57,096 bases of DNA from Anaerolineaceae bacterium (GCA_018060515.1 JAGOVY010000001.1:1-57096); one strand, 5' to 3'. Positions 1-8,880 are shown, counted from the first letter of the stretch. Program-made: numbers and translations. Notes: generated from the sequence alone by a model not told the origin.

Positions 1-434
1 ACATAATGCTCCGCCTGTTTTCTCGAATCTGTGATCAGATAATCGGCATCAGATAATATGGCTTTTTCGATTCGATATACGAGCCTGGCAACCAGTGAAT
101 TTTCTCGGAAGGTTTTTCGCTCATTAATCCATACATCGTAGGGAGAAATCAACTCGTCGAAAACGATTTTCGACTTTTTGCCGACCAGCCACCTCACCAG
201 CCAATAAATCTCGTGTCCGCGGAAATTTATGAACCAGAGCCTGGTTTGAGTGCTTTTCAAAATGGTTTTGATCTTACGGATCGTTTGAAAATACCGCTTC
301 GTTGTCGGGCTATCGTTTGTGGCATCTTCTACGATAAATGCAGGATTCCTTTCCAGCGCAGTTCTCAGGGTCGTAGACCTGATATATTCCGGCGACCTAT
401 ATGAAAGGACAAATCCTAAGTGACGTTTATTCAT
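1..434 (-). CDS. glycosyltransferase (GT-B, GT1/GT4-like), N-terminal ~144 codons only; the 3' end lies beyond the window start
   Basis: Absent from the supplied ORF track because it runs off the edge. A reverse-strand ATG at 434..432 opens an uninterrupted frame to position 3: MNKRHLGFVLSYRSPEYIRSTTLRTALERNPAFIVEDATNDSPTTKRYFQTIRKIK...FRGHEIYWLVRWLVGKKSKIVFDELISPYDVWINERK...ILSDADYLITDSRKQAEHY. The layout resembles the N-terminal half of polysaccharide glycosyltransferases. Confidence 0.5.
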   Translation of the reverse strand, partial: MNKRHLGFVLSYRSPEYIRSTTLRTALERNPAFIVEDATNDSPTTKRYFQTIRKIKTILKSTQTRLWFINFRGHEIYWLVRWLVGKKSKIVFDELISPYDVWINERKTFRENSLVARLVYRIEKAILSDADYLITDSRKQAEHY

Positions 435-616
435 GTGAGAAAGGTGACCCTCAAGAACCAGAATGGATCTTCTTTTGGAATGGATGTCTGTTTCAACCAG
501 ATAACCCGTTTAGGATATCAGAAATCAGGGCAATTAGCAAGCGCAAGATGCGGCGCTTACTGAAAAGCTTGGCAAGCGGGGTAATTTTCTTAATGATATA
601 ATTCGGCATGTAGTTG

Positions 617-689
617 GGGCCCGTAGCTCAGTGGTTAGAGCAGGCGGCTCATAACCGCTTTGTCGCAGGTTCGATACCTGCCGGGCCCA
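617..689 (+). tRNA. tRNA with anticodon CAT, probably tRNA-Ile2 (lysidine type) rather than elongator Met; no encoded CCA
   Basis: Hand-folded cloverleaf. Acceptor GGGCCCG/CGGGCCC, D-arm GCTC-AGTGGTTA-GAGC, anticodon arm GGCGG-CTCATAA-CCGCT, T-arm GCAGG-TTCGATA-CCTGC, discriminator A. It closely resembles my recollection of E. coli ileX (D and anticodon arms, C4/C5 in the acceptor stem). It is not an initiator: position 1:72 is paired and there is no GGG/CCC anticodon stem. Confidence 0.88.
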
Positions 690-707
690 CTATTACGAAA
701 CTCAGTC

Positions 708-2261
708 ATGAAAACGTACTCCGATACGATCCGCGACATCCTTATTACGCTTGCAACCGCGCTGGTCATCAGCCTGGTAATGGCGGTTTTTCAACCTAAA
801 CCCTTCTTTACCGCCTGGTTTGGGTCTTGGCTCCTTCTCTGGTTAAGCCTTTTCTTATTAGTAAAAGTGTGGCGCCATTTCGGCGGGGGTAAAACTCTGG
901 CTACGCTGATGTTGGTTGCCTTCTTCGCAAGAGTCTTCCTTGGGCTCTTCATATACACTTCTCTTCCCAACATTGGGTTTGGCACTCCTGTAGAGCTCGG
1001 CGGGTATGCTTACAGCGATGCTTTCCGGCGTGATAACCGTGCAATAGAATGGGCAGCAAGCAAAAGCCCGTTGATTCTTATCTTCCAGGACGACTTGCTG
1101 GAAGATCAATACGGTGGCTTGTTATTTGTCAGCGCATCGGTGTATCGCATCTTTGGCCTCAATTCGCCGCGCCCCATGATGATAACCATCCTGGCTGCCC
1201 TGACCATGACCGCGGGGTTGGCATTTCTGCATGATGCGATCAAACGCCGCTGGGGAGTAAAAGCAGCACTTGCTGCTGCCTGGTTCTATGCGCTCTACCC
1301 CGAAGGCCTCTTACTTGGCAGTGTTCAGATGCGCGAGCCGTTTCTTATAGGTTTGTTTAGTATCGCATTCTGGGCTGTCGTCACCTGGCGAGAAAAGACT
1401 GGTTTAAAACTGCTGTATTTTCTCCTTTCGATGGCTGTCGCCATTTCTTTTTCGATTCCATATGGCTCCATTCTTCTCGCAATTCTTTTTATCTTTGGGC
1501 TGATTGAATTTTTGTCCACGCAAAAATCCTCCACTATCAAGGATATCGGCTACCTGATGCTGGCAGTGGTAGGTGTTGCTGCAATCAGTATTGGGTGGAT
1601 GTGGGTTAAACCAACTTTCTATTACGATGCCTATCTGACACGGATCAATTCCGGCAACATTAATGCCATTCTGAATAGCTTGGGCGATGAATGGCATTAC
1701 CCATTCATCACTATTTACGGTATCACACAGCCTTTTCTTCCCGGAGCCCTCACCGATGAATCGCTGCCCTTCTGGCGGGCTACAGCCATCATCAGGGCGT
1801 TGGGTTGGTGGTTCACACTACCGTTCATTTTTTACGGGCTCTTTGCTGTGTGGAAAGCAAAACCGCGTTCAGATCGCTGGGGATTGGTGTTCATTACACT
1901 GACGCTTATCGCTTGGATTGTGATTAGTTCGCTGCGCGGCGGTGGTGACCTGTGGGATAATCCGCGTTACCGCGCTTTATTGATTCCATGGTTAGCCTTG
2001 TTGGTTGGCTGGTGTTGGCAGCGTATTCGGCAGGGAAATTACGCCTGGTTCCTGCGTTGGGCCAGTGTGGTATTTATATTCTTTATCGTTTTCCTGCTCT
2101 GGTATTTTCGCCGTTATCACATCATCATGCACTACATCGGATTTAACGATATGGTCAAGGTCATTGTTGCTTCAACTGCAGTGATCCTTGGAAGCGGGGT
2201 GGTATGGGAGGGTTACAAGTGGTACAAGGGGCGAAAACCAACAAAACCATCAGATGTCTGA
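708..2261 (+). CDS. polytopic integral membrane protein (~517 aa, >=12 predicted TM helices), possible GT-C-fold glycosyltransferase
   Basis: ORF track 660..2261. I trimmed the start to ATG 708 because the TTG at 660 lies inside the tRNA. The protein has many hydrophobic segments. An acidic loop (FQDDLLEDQYGG) follows the first helices, as in GT-C enzymes. Confidence 0.7.
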   Translation: MKTYSDTIRDILITLATALVISLVMAVFQPKPFFTAWFGSWLLLWLSLFLLVKVWRHFGGGKTLATLMLVAFFARVFLGLFIYTSLPNIGFGTPVELGGYAYSDAFRRDNRAIEWAASKSPLILIFQDDLLEDQYGGLLFVSASVYRIFGLNSPRPMMITILAALTMTAGLAFLHDAIKRRWGVKAALAAAWFYALYPEGLLLGSVQMREPFLIGLFSIAFWAVVTWREKTGLKLLYFLLSMAVAISFSIPYGSILLAILFIFGLIEFLSTQKSSTIKDIGYLMLAVVGVAAISIGWMWVKPTFYYDAYLTRINSGNINAILNSLGDEWHYPFITIYGITQPFLPGALTDESLPFWRATAIIRALGWWFTLPFIFYGLFAVWKAKPRSDRWGLVFITLTLIAWIVISSLRGGGDLWDNPRYRALLIPWLALLVGWCWQRIRQGNYAWFLRWASVVFIFFIVFLLWYFRRYHIIMHYIGFNDMVKVIVASTAVILGSGVVWEGYKWYKGRKPTKPSDV

Positions 2262-2282
2262 GCTTTTCAAAACCTGGTTTTC

Positions 2283-2311
2283 TTGACAATCTGATTCGCG
2301 TCGAGTAGAAT
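2283..2311 (+). promoter_or_regulatory. sigma70-like promoter for tRNA-Phe
   Basis: TTGACA (2283-2288), a 17-nt spacer, then TAGAAT (2306-2311). The mature tRNA 5' end is at 2323. Confidence 0.5.
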
Positions 2312-2322
2312 AGGGGTTGCTT

Positions 2323-2398
2323 GCCGAGATAGCTCAGTTGGTAGAGCACACGACTGAAAATTGTGGGGTCGCCAGTCCGATCCTGGCTCTCGGCACCA
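2323..2398 (+). tRNA. tRNA-Phe (anticodon GAA), CCA encoded
   Basis: Acceptor GCCGAGA/TCTCGGC, D-arm GCTC-AGTTGGTA-GAGC, anticodon arm CACGA-CTGAAAA-TTGTG, T-arm GCCAG-TCCGATC-CTGGC, then A-CCA. Confidence 0.93.
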
Positions 2399-2425
2399 TA
2401 CACTCCCTTATGGGAGTGTATTTTC
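2399..2425 (+). terminator. rho-independent terminator after tRNA-Phe
   Basis: 9-bp stem TACACTCCC / GGGAGTGTA with loop TTAT, followed by TTTT. Confidence 0.6.
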
Positions 2426-2479
2426 ATTAATTACGGTATGATTGGGCATGTCATTGTAAAAACGGAAGGGTTGGTTTGT

Positions 2480-3385
2480 ATGAGGGTTTTCCAGGTGTTA
2501 CATGTAGGCGCTGCGGCCGCTGAGGCTTTTACAACTGCATCAGGTGGAATTGTGGTCGGGGTTACCTCAAAAGGTGCGTTCTTGCGCGCTGAAAATCGCA
2601 TCCTCTTCTTAACTGAGTTGGATTATCGCAGCCCCTTTAATCTCCAGGTCAATCGAGTTTCTGAACTCTGTAATTTGCTCGAACCAGGAGACAAGTTTAA
2701 ATTCGTCAATAATGGAATTGATTTCACCGGCAGCAACCTTCACCTTGATACCTTCAGCGCTTCGCTTTGGCTGCCCCCTGGTCCAGTTGGGATAATCTCA
2801 TCCACCGCTCAACAACTGGATCGCAGTGAACGTTTGCTCTCAAAAATAAATCAAAGCAATCCTGAAAAAGGCTTTCTCTTTATTACCCGGCCATCGGGTG
2901 ACACGCTAAGTCAATTTCAGCAGAAAATATCGTTGGCCGCACACGCTTTGACTGAGGCTTTCCATAGAGAAGATCATGATGCATTTATGGCAGCGTCAAT
3001 CCAATTGGTGGGTGTAGGCGGTGGGCTAACCCCCTCGGGTGATGATTTTCTCGCTGGCTTCTTCCTTTATCATTTCCGCAAAACTGAGGCTGAAGCCCTT
3101 CATTCTGATTTTCTTGAAGGTTGTTGGCGTGACTTGGTAGGCTACTCCTTTGAGAAAACTACTACCATTTCAGCCAACCGCCTGGAATATACAGCAAAAG
3201 GCTGGTCAGAATGGCTCTTTCTTGAATTAATCGACTATCTCTTTGACCCCTCGGTTGAGTTTAGTGAAAGTAAAATCCATACGCTTATTAATTTTGGTCA
3301 TTCTTCAGGAATTGATACCCTGGTTGGAGTCGATTTCGCAATCAAATCATTAATCCCCGGCACAAACAAAAACAGGAGCTCTTGA
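2480..3385 (+). CDS. DUF2877 / AllH-like protein (oxamate carbamoyltransferase subunit family candidate)
   Basis: ORF track 2363..3385 overlaps tRNA-Phe. I trimmed the start to ATG 2480, which follows GGAAGGG; ATG 2438 is an alternative. The motif GVGGGLTPSGDDFLAGFFLY matches my recollection of the DUF2877 signature. Confidence 0.55.
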   Translation: MRVFQVLHVGAAAAEAFTTASGGIVVGVTSKGAFLRAENRILFLTELDYRSPFNLQVNRVSELCNLLEPGDKFKFVNNGIDFTGSNLHLDTFSASLWLPPGPVGIISSTAQQLDRSERLLSKINQSNPEKGFLFITRPSGDTLSQFQQKISLAAHALTEAFHREDHDAFMAASIQLVGVGGGLTPSGDDFLAGFFLYHFRKTEAEALHSDFLEGCWRDLVGYSFEKTTTISANRLEYTAKGWSEWLFLELIDYLFDPSVEFSESKIHTLINFGHSSGIDTLVGVDFAIKSLIPGTNKNRSS

Positions 3386-3399
3386 AAGCTCCTGTTTTA
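3369..3399. terminator. bidirectional hairpin terminator between convergent genes
   Basis: 10-bp stem AACAGGAGCT / AGCTCCTGTT with loop CTTGAA, which contains the TGA stop of the upstream gene. There is an A-run before it and a T-run after it. Confidence 0.55.
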
Positions 3400-3416
3400 A
3401 TCACATTGATTGAGTT

Positions 3417-4142
3417 TTAAACCAGAATCTCTTCTGGAACAATCATATCTTCATTCGCCTGGCGCACCTCATCTGGCACTTCAAAATCAAGTTCAGTACC
3501 AGCCATCTGCTGGACGTATTTCTTAACCAGCTGATCCCAATACTTCTTGGTAAGGTAATAAACACGCGCACCGCCCAGCTCATGCTGCACTTCTGGCCAT
3601 GGATACGATGGTTGTGCCATTCCGAGCCCCCAACGAAGCCAGCCATTATAAGATTCGTAAGTTGCCCACCATTCCGTATTACCGATCATTTCAAATGCGT
3701 AATACGCTTTGGCATAATACATAACGGCGCCGATCCTGCCGCCGCGTAACATAGCCATGGTGTGCAGGCTTACATTTACCTTTTCATTCATCACGCGTCC
3801 GTTGGCAAACCCAGCCCAAACTCCATCTATCAAACCGACAAGGGTATAAGGATCTTTCAAACGGTGGCGATACCAGCCCAAGATTTCGGAATATACACGA
3901 GCGCCAACAATATCATAAAAGTCATGATCAACTTCCATCAAGCGCTTCATGTACTCCATCATTTTCGGGGCTTCATCCCGGCGAGCTTCGCGAATGTAGA
4001 GCGTACGCCCATCCTTGAGCTTTGCCTGTGCACCCGGCCATCTGGGTAAATCCATCGCAGGTCCCTGTAATAGGGCTTCGATTTCGCGTGCATCAATTTC
4101 CAGCACCTCCTGGCTTGCTTTTTCAGGTAGCTCAAATTTCAT
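3417..4142 (-). CDS. hypothetical protein, possible GNAT-fold acyltransferase (241 aa)
   Basis: Intact ORF. It lies 21 nt downstream of the cyclase gene on the same strand. The alternating beta/alpha pattern around LYIREARRDEAPKMMEYMKRL...GRIGAVMYYAKAYYAFE suggests a GNAT-like fold. No motif was firmly recognised. Confidence 0.6.
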   Translation of the reverse strand: MKFELPEKASQEVLEIDAREIEALLQGPAMDLPRWPGAQAKLKDGRTLYIREARRDEAPKMMEYMKRLMEVDHDFYDIVGARVYSEILGWYRHRLKDPYTLVGLIDGVWAGFANGRVMNEKVNVSLHTMAMLRGGRIGAVMYYAKAYYAFEMIGNTEWWATYESYNGWLRWGLGMAQPSYPWPEVQHELGGARVYYLTKKYWDQLVKKYVQQMAGTELDFEVPDEVRQANEDMIVPEEILV

Positions 4143-4163
4143 AGTTATCTCCTAAACACAGGC

Positions 4164-5045
4164 TTATGAAAGATTGGCTTTACTTAACTTGTTCAAGCTT
4201 TCAACATGGGCAGGGTCATACACATCACCGAATTTCGTCTTCGGCATGGTGGCAGCCTTCTTCATCAGCTCGTCATATTCTTTATCATCGACAAAGGCAA
4301 CTGCACGGCCGATTGAGGCTTCACCATCAACAAAGCGCCAGGGGAAGAAACCGACTTCAACACGGCGGTTGAGCAGCAGGTCAATCTGCCCGCCAAAGCA
4401 TTCTGCGTGAATGATCTCATTGGGGAACATGTCGATATGCATCAATTGATATTTCTCATCAGTGAAGTATTCTTCTAGTGTCTTGCCGAATTTCTTCATG
4501 AACACATGTTCAGCCTGCTTTGTCTGCCGTGGCATCCAGCTGCGAATGATCGTGTTCATCGGATGGTCGGCGGAACCGCAATCAACAGCAATCCAGCGAA
4601 TCTTCATCTTCTTTGCCCAGTCAGCAAACTCCTGATCGGGGCCTGGATGCTTCACCATATAACGGATTTCATCTGCAGTGGGCATATCCCAACCGAAATG
4701 GTGATAGCCGGTATGGATGACAAGAATATCACCTTCTTTGACTTCGACGCGGTCGGTAATCATCTTGCTCGTGTATACATCGTAATCACCGCAGACATCA
4801 CTCAAGTCAACGATGGCCGCTTCATGCACCAGGTAATCCATGGTTAAAGAAGCCATGTCTTTCCCAGGGGTGTAGAAATGGATTTCTCCATCAAGGTGGG
4901 TGCCAAGATGATTGGAGTGGGTCAACAATTGGCCATTGGCGCCATTTGGAGCCAGCCGCTTAAAGTATTTCACCTGCAATGGTTCATAAGTCGGCCATGC
5001 GGGGGTTCCGATTCCCAAAGGGATGGTAAGATCGATTAGCTTCAT
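4164..5045 (-). CDS. cyclase-family metal hydrolase (kynurenine formamidase-like)
   Basis: Contains HSNHLGTHLDGEIHF, i.e. the HxGTHxDxxxH motif of the Pfam Cyclase family, plus a downstream DxxxH-type region. 293 aa. Confidence 0.78.
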   Translation of the reverse strand: MKLIDLTIPLGIGTPAWPTYEPLQVKYFKRLAPNGANGQLLTHSNHLGTHLDGEIHFYTPGKDMASLTMDYLVHEAAIVDLSDVCGDYDVYTSKMITDRVEVKEGDILVIHTGYHHFGWDMPTADEIRYMVKHPGPDQEFADWAKKMKIRWIAVDCGSADHPMNTIIRSWMPRQTKQAEHVFMKKFGKTLEEYFTDEKYQLMHIDMFPNEIIHAECFGGQIDLLLNRRVEVGFFPWRFVDGEASIGRAVAFVDDKEYDELMKKAATMPKTKFGDVYDPAHVESLNKLSKANLS

Positions 5046-5121
5046 TTTGTTACTCCTTTTCTAAATAATGTGTGTGTAAATTGTGTTACAAATTACATAC
5101 GAACAGACAAATGGTGATTCT

Positions 5122-5162
5122 AAAAGAGCATAGCGAATTAAGACCATTCGCCATGCTCTTTT
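5122..5162 (-). terminator. terminator of the decarboxylase operon
   Basis: 17-bp stem with one mismatch: AAAAGAGCATAGCGAAT / ATTCGCCATGCTCTTTT. On the minus strand the hairpin is followed by TTTTA. It lies 50 nt after the beta-subunit stop. Confidence 0.6.
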
Positions 5163-5213
5163 CATTACCTTAAAAACTTATTGCTCTTGCATGTACGATT
5201 TTTCAAAAAACTC

Positions 5214-6356
5214 CTACATCAAGATCGGGAAAATCATTTGAATGAGGATACCCGCCGCGAGCACCGATGCCACCTGACCAGCAGCGTTGGCACCCAGTGC
5301 GTGCATAAGGATGAAATTCTGATTGTCTACTTCAAGAGCAACTTTTTGTGCCAGTCGTCCACTCATTGGGAAAGCACTGATAGCGGCAGCACCAACCAGA
5401 GGATTGATTTTTCGTCCTGAGAGGGCGCAAACCAACTTGCCAAAAAGGAGCCCGCCGATGGTGTTGAGAGCAAAAGCAACCAGACCCAAAACCATCACAC
5501 GCAGCGTACCGGTATTAAGGAACTGAGCCGCCTGCATCGTCGAACCGATGGTGATGCCAAGGAAGATTGTGGCGGTGTTCGTAATCGCGTTCTTTGAGGT
5601 CTCCACCAAGCCTGGTACAACTTCAGATTCTTTAAGCAGGTTCCCCAGCATTAAAGTAGCGATCAACGGAGCGGCTTCAGGCAGGAAGATACCGGCAATC
5701 ACAGTGATGAGAATCGGGAAGAGGATTACGGTTGTGCGCGATACCGGGCGTGGCGTATATTCCATACGGATGGCGCGTTCAGATTTGGTCGTGAAAAGCC
5801 TCATCAGTGGCGGCTGGATAATGGGAACAAGGCTCATATAAGAATAAGCTGTTACCGCAATTGCAGCTGCCAACCCAGGCGTTTCGAACAAATGCCCGAG
5901 CTTGCCATTTACATAAATTACCGTTGGCCCGTCAATGGCGCCGATCATACCAATGGCGGTAGCTTCAGCCAGGTTGAAACCGAGCAACAAAGCAATAACC
6001 AAGGTGGCGAAAATACCAAGATGGGCAAAGGCGCCCATGATGAACATGATGGGCTGGCTGAGAAGTGGGCGCATGTCAATCATCGCCCCAACACCCAGGA
6101 AGATAAGTAAGGGGAACAATTCATTGCTGATGCCGGCTGCGTAAAGAACGCCGAACAACCCATGTTCACCAATCATATTCGCTGCCACTGGCAGGTTCCC
6201 GAGTATACAGCCAAAACCAATGGGAATAAGCAGGGTAGGCTCATAATCCTTGAAGATGCCAAGGTAGATGAGGAGCAATCCTACTAACACCATCACCAAT
6301 TGTGGCAGGGTGATTTCGAGGAGCCCACCGAGCAGGTTTGAGAAGTCGAAACTCAT
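5214..6356 (-). CDS. Na+-translocating decarboxylase beta subunit (OadB/MmdB/GcdB family)
   Basis: 380-aa polytopic protein. The N-terminus MSFDFSNLLGGLLEITLPQLVMVLVGLLLIYLGIFKDYEPTLLIPIGFGCILGNLP is typical of the family. It sits in an operon with carboxyltransferase and biotin-carrier genes. Confidence 0.9.
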   Translation of the reverse strand: MSFDFSNLLGGLLEITLPQLVMVLVGLLLIYLGIFKDYEPTLLIPIGFGCILGNLPVAANMIGEHGLFGVLYAAGISNELFPLLIFLGVGAMIDMRPLLSQPIMFIMGAFAHLGIFATLVIALLLGFNLAEATAIGMIGAIDGPTVIYVNGKLGHLFETPGLAAAIAVTAYSYMSLVPIIQPPLMRLFTTKSERAIRMEYTPRPVSRTTVILFPILITVIAGIFLPEAAPLIATLMLGNLLKESEVVPGLVETSKNAITNTATIFLGITIGSTMQAAQFLNTGTLRVMVLGLVAFALNTIGGLLFGKLVCALSGRKINPLVGAAAISAFPMSGRLAQKVALEVDNQNFILMHALGANAAGQVASVLAAGILIQMIFPILM

Positions 6357-6373
6357 GACAGTATCCTTTCCTC

Positions 6374-6808
6374 CTACTCAATATCCATGAGTGGCGCACC
6401 GTGGGCAACCTGGCTTCCTTCATTGACATGAACGCGTGCAATTGTTCCGTCTTGAGGAGCTCGGATGATATTCATGGCTTTCATGGCTTCGATCACACAA
6501 ACTTCATCGTTCGCCTTTACTTTTTGTCCTTCGCGAACTTTGATCGAGTTAACTACACCAGGCAGCGGTGATTTTATGGTTCCCGGACCCGCAGCAACCA
6601 CCGGGGCTGCCGGTGCTGCAGGAGCTGCTGCGCGAACAACTGGTGCTGCGACAGCTTTAGTTGCGATAGCAGCCACTTTATTCAGTTCTTCCGTCGCTAC
6701 GGTAAGTTCCTCGCCATTCACCTTAACCAAAACCTCGTCCTTGCGAGGATCATCAAGGATTTCGACTTCGTAGGTTGTATCCTTTACTGTAATGCGGTAC
6801 TGTGTCAT
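6374..6808 (-). CDS. biotin carboxyl carrier subunit (MmdC/OadA-C-terminal-like)
   Basis: An Ala/Pro-rich linker (AAPAAPAAPVVAAGPG) is followed by a biotinyl domain with CVIEAMKAMNII (the EAMK biotinylation motif). Confidence 0.9.
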   Translation of the reverse strand: MTQYRITVKDTTYEVEILDDPRKDEVLVKVNGEELTVATEELNKVAAIATKAVAAPVVRAAAPAAPAAPVVAAGPGTIKSPLPGVVNSIKVREGQKVKANDEVCVIEAMKAMNIIRAPQDGTIARVHVNEGSQVAHGAPLMDIE

Positions 6809-7155
6809 CTTGTTCTCCTGATCATGGAAGATTGATTTAACCGGCGAAGAAGACCGTTTTGCCGCCAGGCGTTAAAATCAGTGGCTCCTGGTTCGTCGTA
6901 AACAACTTGCTGGGTATCAGCCTGGGCTCGAGCAATTGCGACTGCCAATGCTGCGGCCAGTTGATAGTCAGATTTCGGCTCTTCGTTTTCCACTTTGATT
7001 GGTGCTGCTTCTGCATCAGTGGATTCTTCCTTGTCTTCCTTTTCTACAATGTATCGGGTCATCAGGTAGACAATACCTGCCAGTGCGGCGAGGACGAGAA
7101 GAAGCACAATGATACCTATCCCGGATATCGCTAAAGCAGTTGGTAGAATATTCAT
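6805..7155 (-). CDS. small membrane-anchor subunit of the decarboxylase (OadG/MmdD-like)
   Basis: 116 aa with a single N-terminal TM helix (ISGIGIIVLLLVLAALAGIVYLM) and an acidic tail. It overlaps the next gene by 4 nt and occupies the position of the gamma/delta subunit. Confidence 0.65.
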   Translation of the reverse strand: MNILPTALAISGIGIIVLLLVLAALAGIVYLMTRYIVEKEDKEESTDAEAAPIKVENEEPKSDYQLAAALAVAIARAQADTQQVVYDEPGATDFNAWRQNGLLRRLNQSSMIRRTR

Positions 7156-7172
7156 TATCCTTTTCCTTTCAG

Positions 7173-8753
7173 TTACAGCGGTATGTTACCGTGTTTCTTG
7201 GCAGGAGAGGTAGATTGTTTGTTCCTCAATAAATCAAGTGCAGTAATCAATCGTTGGCGGGTTTCGCTTGGGACGATTACTTCATCAATATATCCTGCTG
7301 CAGCCGCACGATATGGGTTGGAGAATTTATCTTCATAATCCGCTACCAATTCTTTTCTCTTCGATTTGGCTTCTTCAGGAGACAATTCTTTCAGAGAACG
7401 GCCATGGAGAATATTTACAGCTCCGCCAGCGCCCATAACAGCGATTTCTGCATTCGGCCAGGCAAATGCCATATCCGCACGCAGGTGCTTGCTGCCCATA
7501 ACGATGTATGCGCCGCCGTAGGCTTTACGGGTTACGACTGAAATCTTTGGCACTGTTGCTTCTGAGAAGGCGTAGAGGATCTTGGCGCCATGGCGAATGA
7601 TGCCATTATGCTCAGTGTGCGTACCAGGCATGAACCCTGGGGTGTCGACAAAGGCAATCACGGGGATGTTAAAGGCATCACAGAAGCGTACAAAGCGGGC
7701 GATCTTGTCAGAAGAGTTGATGTCCAACACGCCAGCCATCGATGCAGGCTGATTGGCTGCAATTCCGACGCTCTCGCCATTCAAACGGGCAAAACCCACC
7801 ACTGCATTGGTGGCAAAGTTGGCATGAACTTCAAAGAAGGAATCAACATCAACCACACGTGTGATTACCTCTTTAATGTCATAGGTTTCATTGGGGTCAA
7901 GCGGAACAATGGTGTTTAATTCTTTATCCGCTCTGAATGGATTGTCGTTCGTCTGAAGGACTCTTGTAGTACTTGCATTGTTATCGGGAATGTACTCAAG
8001 GATCTTGCGCACAATATCAAAAGTGTGTGCCTGATCCTGTCCAAGGAAGTGTGCAACACCAGAAATGGTAGTATGGGTTGCAGCGCCGCCAAGGTCTTCA
8101 TGCGTCACGATCTCATTGGTAACAGCTTTGATGACCTCAGGCCCGGTGATGTACATATTGCCCATGCCCTGGGTCATGATGATGAAGTCTTGCAGTGCAG
8201 GTGAGTAAACGCCACCACCCGCGCAGGGTCCCATGATGACACTGATCTGAGGAACGAGGCCGGAAGCCTGTACGTTGCGGTAGAAAACTTCACCATAAGC
8301 ATAGAGGCTGTAAATACCCTCCTGGATGCGTGCGCCACCACCATCATTGATACCAATGACCGGAACACCCGCTTCCATCGCCAGATCCATCACACGCGCT
8401 ACTTTCTCGCCTGCAACTTCGCCAAAAGAGCCGCCCATGACTGTGAAGTCCTGTGAATAGATGCAGACTTTTCGTCCATTGATAGTACCGAACCCTGCGA
8501 CCATTCCATCACCGGGGATCTTATCTTTATCCAGGCCAAACTCCGTGTGGCGGTTCAACTTTAAACCATTGAGTTCCTGAAAAGACCCTTTATCTAATAA
8601 TGCATCTACGCGTTCGCGGGCAGTCATCTTGCCTTTTTCATGCTGAGCAGCAATACGCTTCTCTCCGCCCCCAAGTTTGCTTTGCTCACGAATCAGTTTC
8701 AGCTTGGCAAACTGGTCTTTTTCGACCTTAGATTCTGGTAAATCCTGGGCCAT
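7173..8753 (-). CDS. acyl-CoA carboxyltransferase, alpha subunit of a methylmalonyl-CoA-decarboxylase-like complex
   Basis: 526-aa protein of the propionyl-CoA carboxylase beta / MmdA family (GGGEKRIAAQHEKGKMTARERV..., GPCAGGGVYSPAL, AYGGAYIVM). I moved the start to ATG 8753, which is preceded by GGAGGT. Confidence 0.9.
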   Translation of the reverse strand: MAQDLPESKVEKDQFAKLKLIREQSKLGGGEKRIAAQHEKGKMTARERVDALLDKGSFQELNGLKLNRHTEFGLDKDKIPGDGMVAGFGTINGRKVCIYSQDFTVMGGSFGEVAGEKVARVMDLAMEAGVPVIGINDGGGARIQEGIYSLYAYGEVFYRNVQASGLVPQISVIMGPCAGGGVYSPALQDFIIMTQGMGNMYITGPEVIKAVTNEIVTHEDLGGAATHTTISGVAHFLGQDQAHTFDIVRKILEYIPDNNASTTRVLQTNDNPFRADKELNTIVPLDPNETYDIKEVITRVVDVDSFFEVHANFATNAVVGFARLNGESVGIAANQPASMAGVLDINSSDKIARFVRFCDAFNIPVIAFVDTPGFMPGTHTEHNGIIRHGAKILYAFSEATVPKISVVTRKAYGGAYIVMGSKHLRADMAFAWPNAEIAVMGAGGAVNILHGRSLKELSPEEAKSKRKELVADYEDKFSNPYRAAAAGYIDEVIVPSETRQRLITALDLLRNKQSTSPAKKHGNIPL

Positions 8754-8794
8754 TATTACCTCCATTAAAAAATATTTTGTTGATTAACAACTAT

Positions 8795-8827
8795 AGTTTA
8801 GGTTCACTTGTCTGACTTTTCAAGTGA
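8795..8827 (-). promoter_or_regulatory. candidate promoter plus overlapping inverted-repeat operator of the decarboxylase operon
   Basis: On the minus strand, TTGAAA (8823-8818), a 17-nt spacer, then TAAACT (8800-8795). The inverted repeat TCACTTG (8804-8810) / CAAGTGA (8821-8827) overlaps the spacer and the -35 box. An extra AAGTGATA copy lies at 8866-8873. Confidence 0.4.
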
Positions 8828-8880
8828 TACATTGAGTATCCTAAAGGGTATTTTGTCACATTAATAAGTGATAAATAACA

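Noticed and set aside
213-601. Plus-strand ORFs 213..404 and 401..601
   Set aside because: 213..404 is antisense to the better-supported glycosyltransferase frame. 401..601 has no RBS and an odd composition, and lies in the promoter region of the tRNA.
660-707. N-terminal extension of ORF 660..2261 starting at a TTG
   Set aside because: The first 30 nt lie inside the tRNA(CAT) gene (617..689). The in-frame ATG at 708 gives a sensible membrane-protein N-terminus.
2363-2479. N-terminal extension of ORF 2363..3385
   Set aside because: It overlaps tRNA-Phe and its terminator hairpin. The downstream ATG at 2480 has a GGAAGGG ribosome-binding site.
3417-8753. Cyclase and GNAT-like genes as part of the decarboxylase operon
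   Set aside because: A strong terminator hairpin (5122..5162) and a 168-nt gap separate them from the beta-subunit gene. They are more likely an independent transcription unit.
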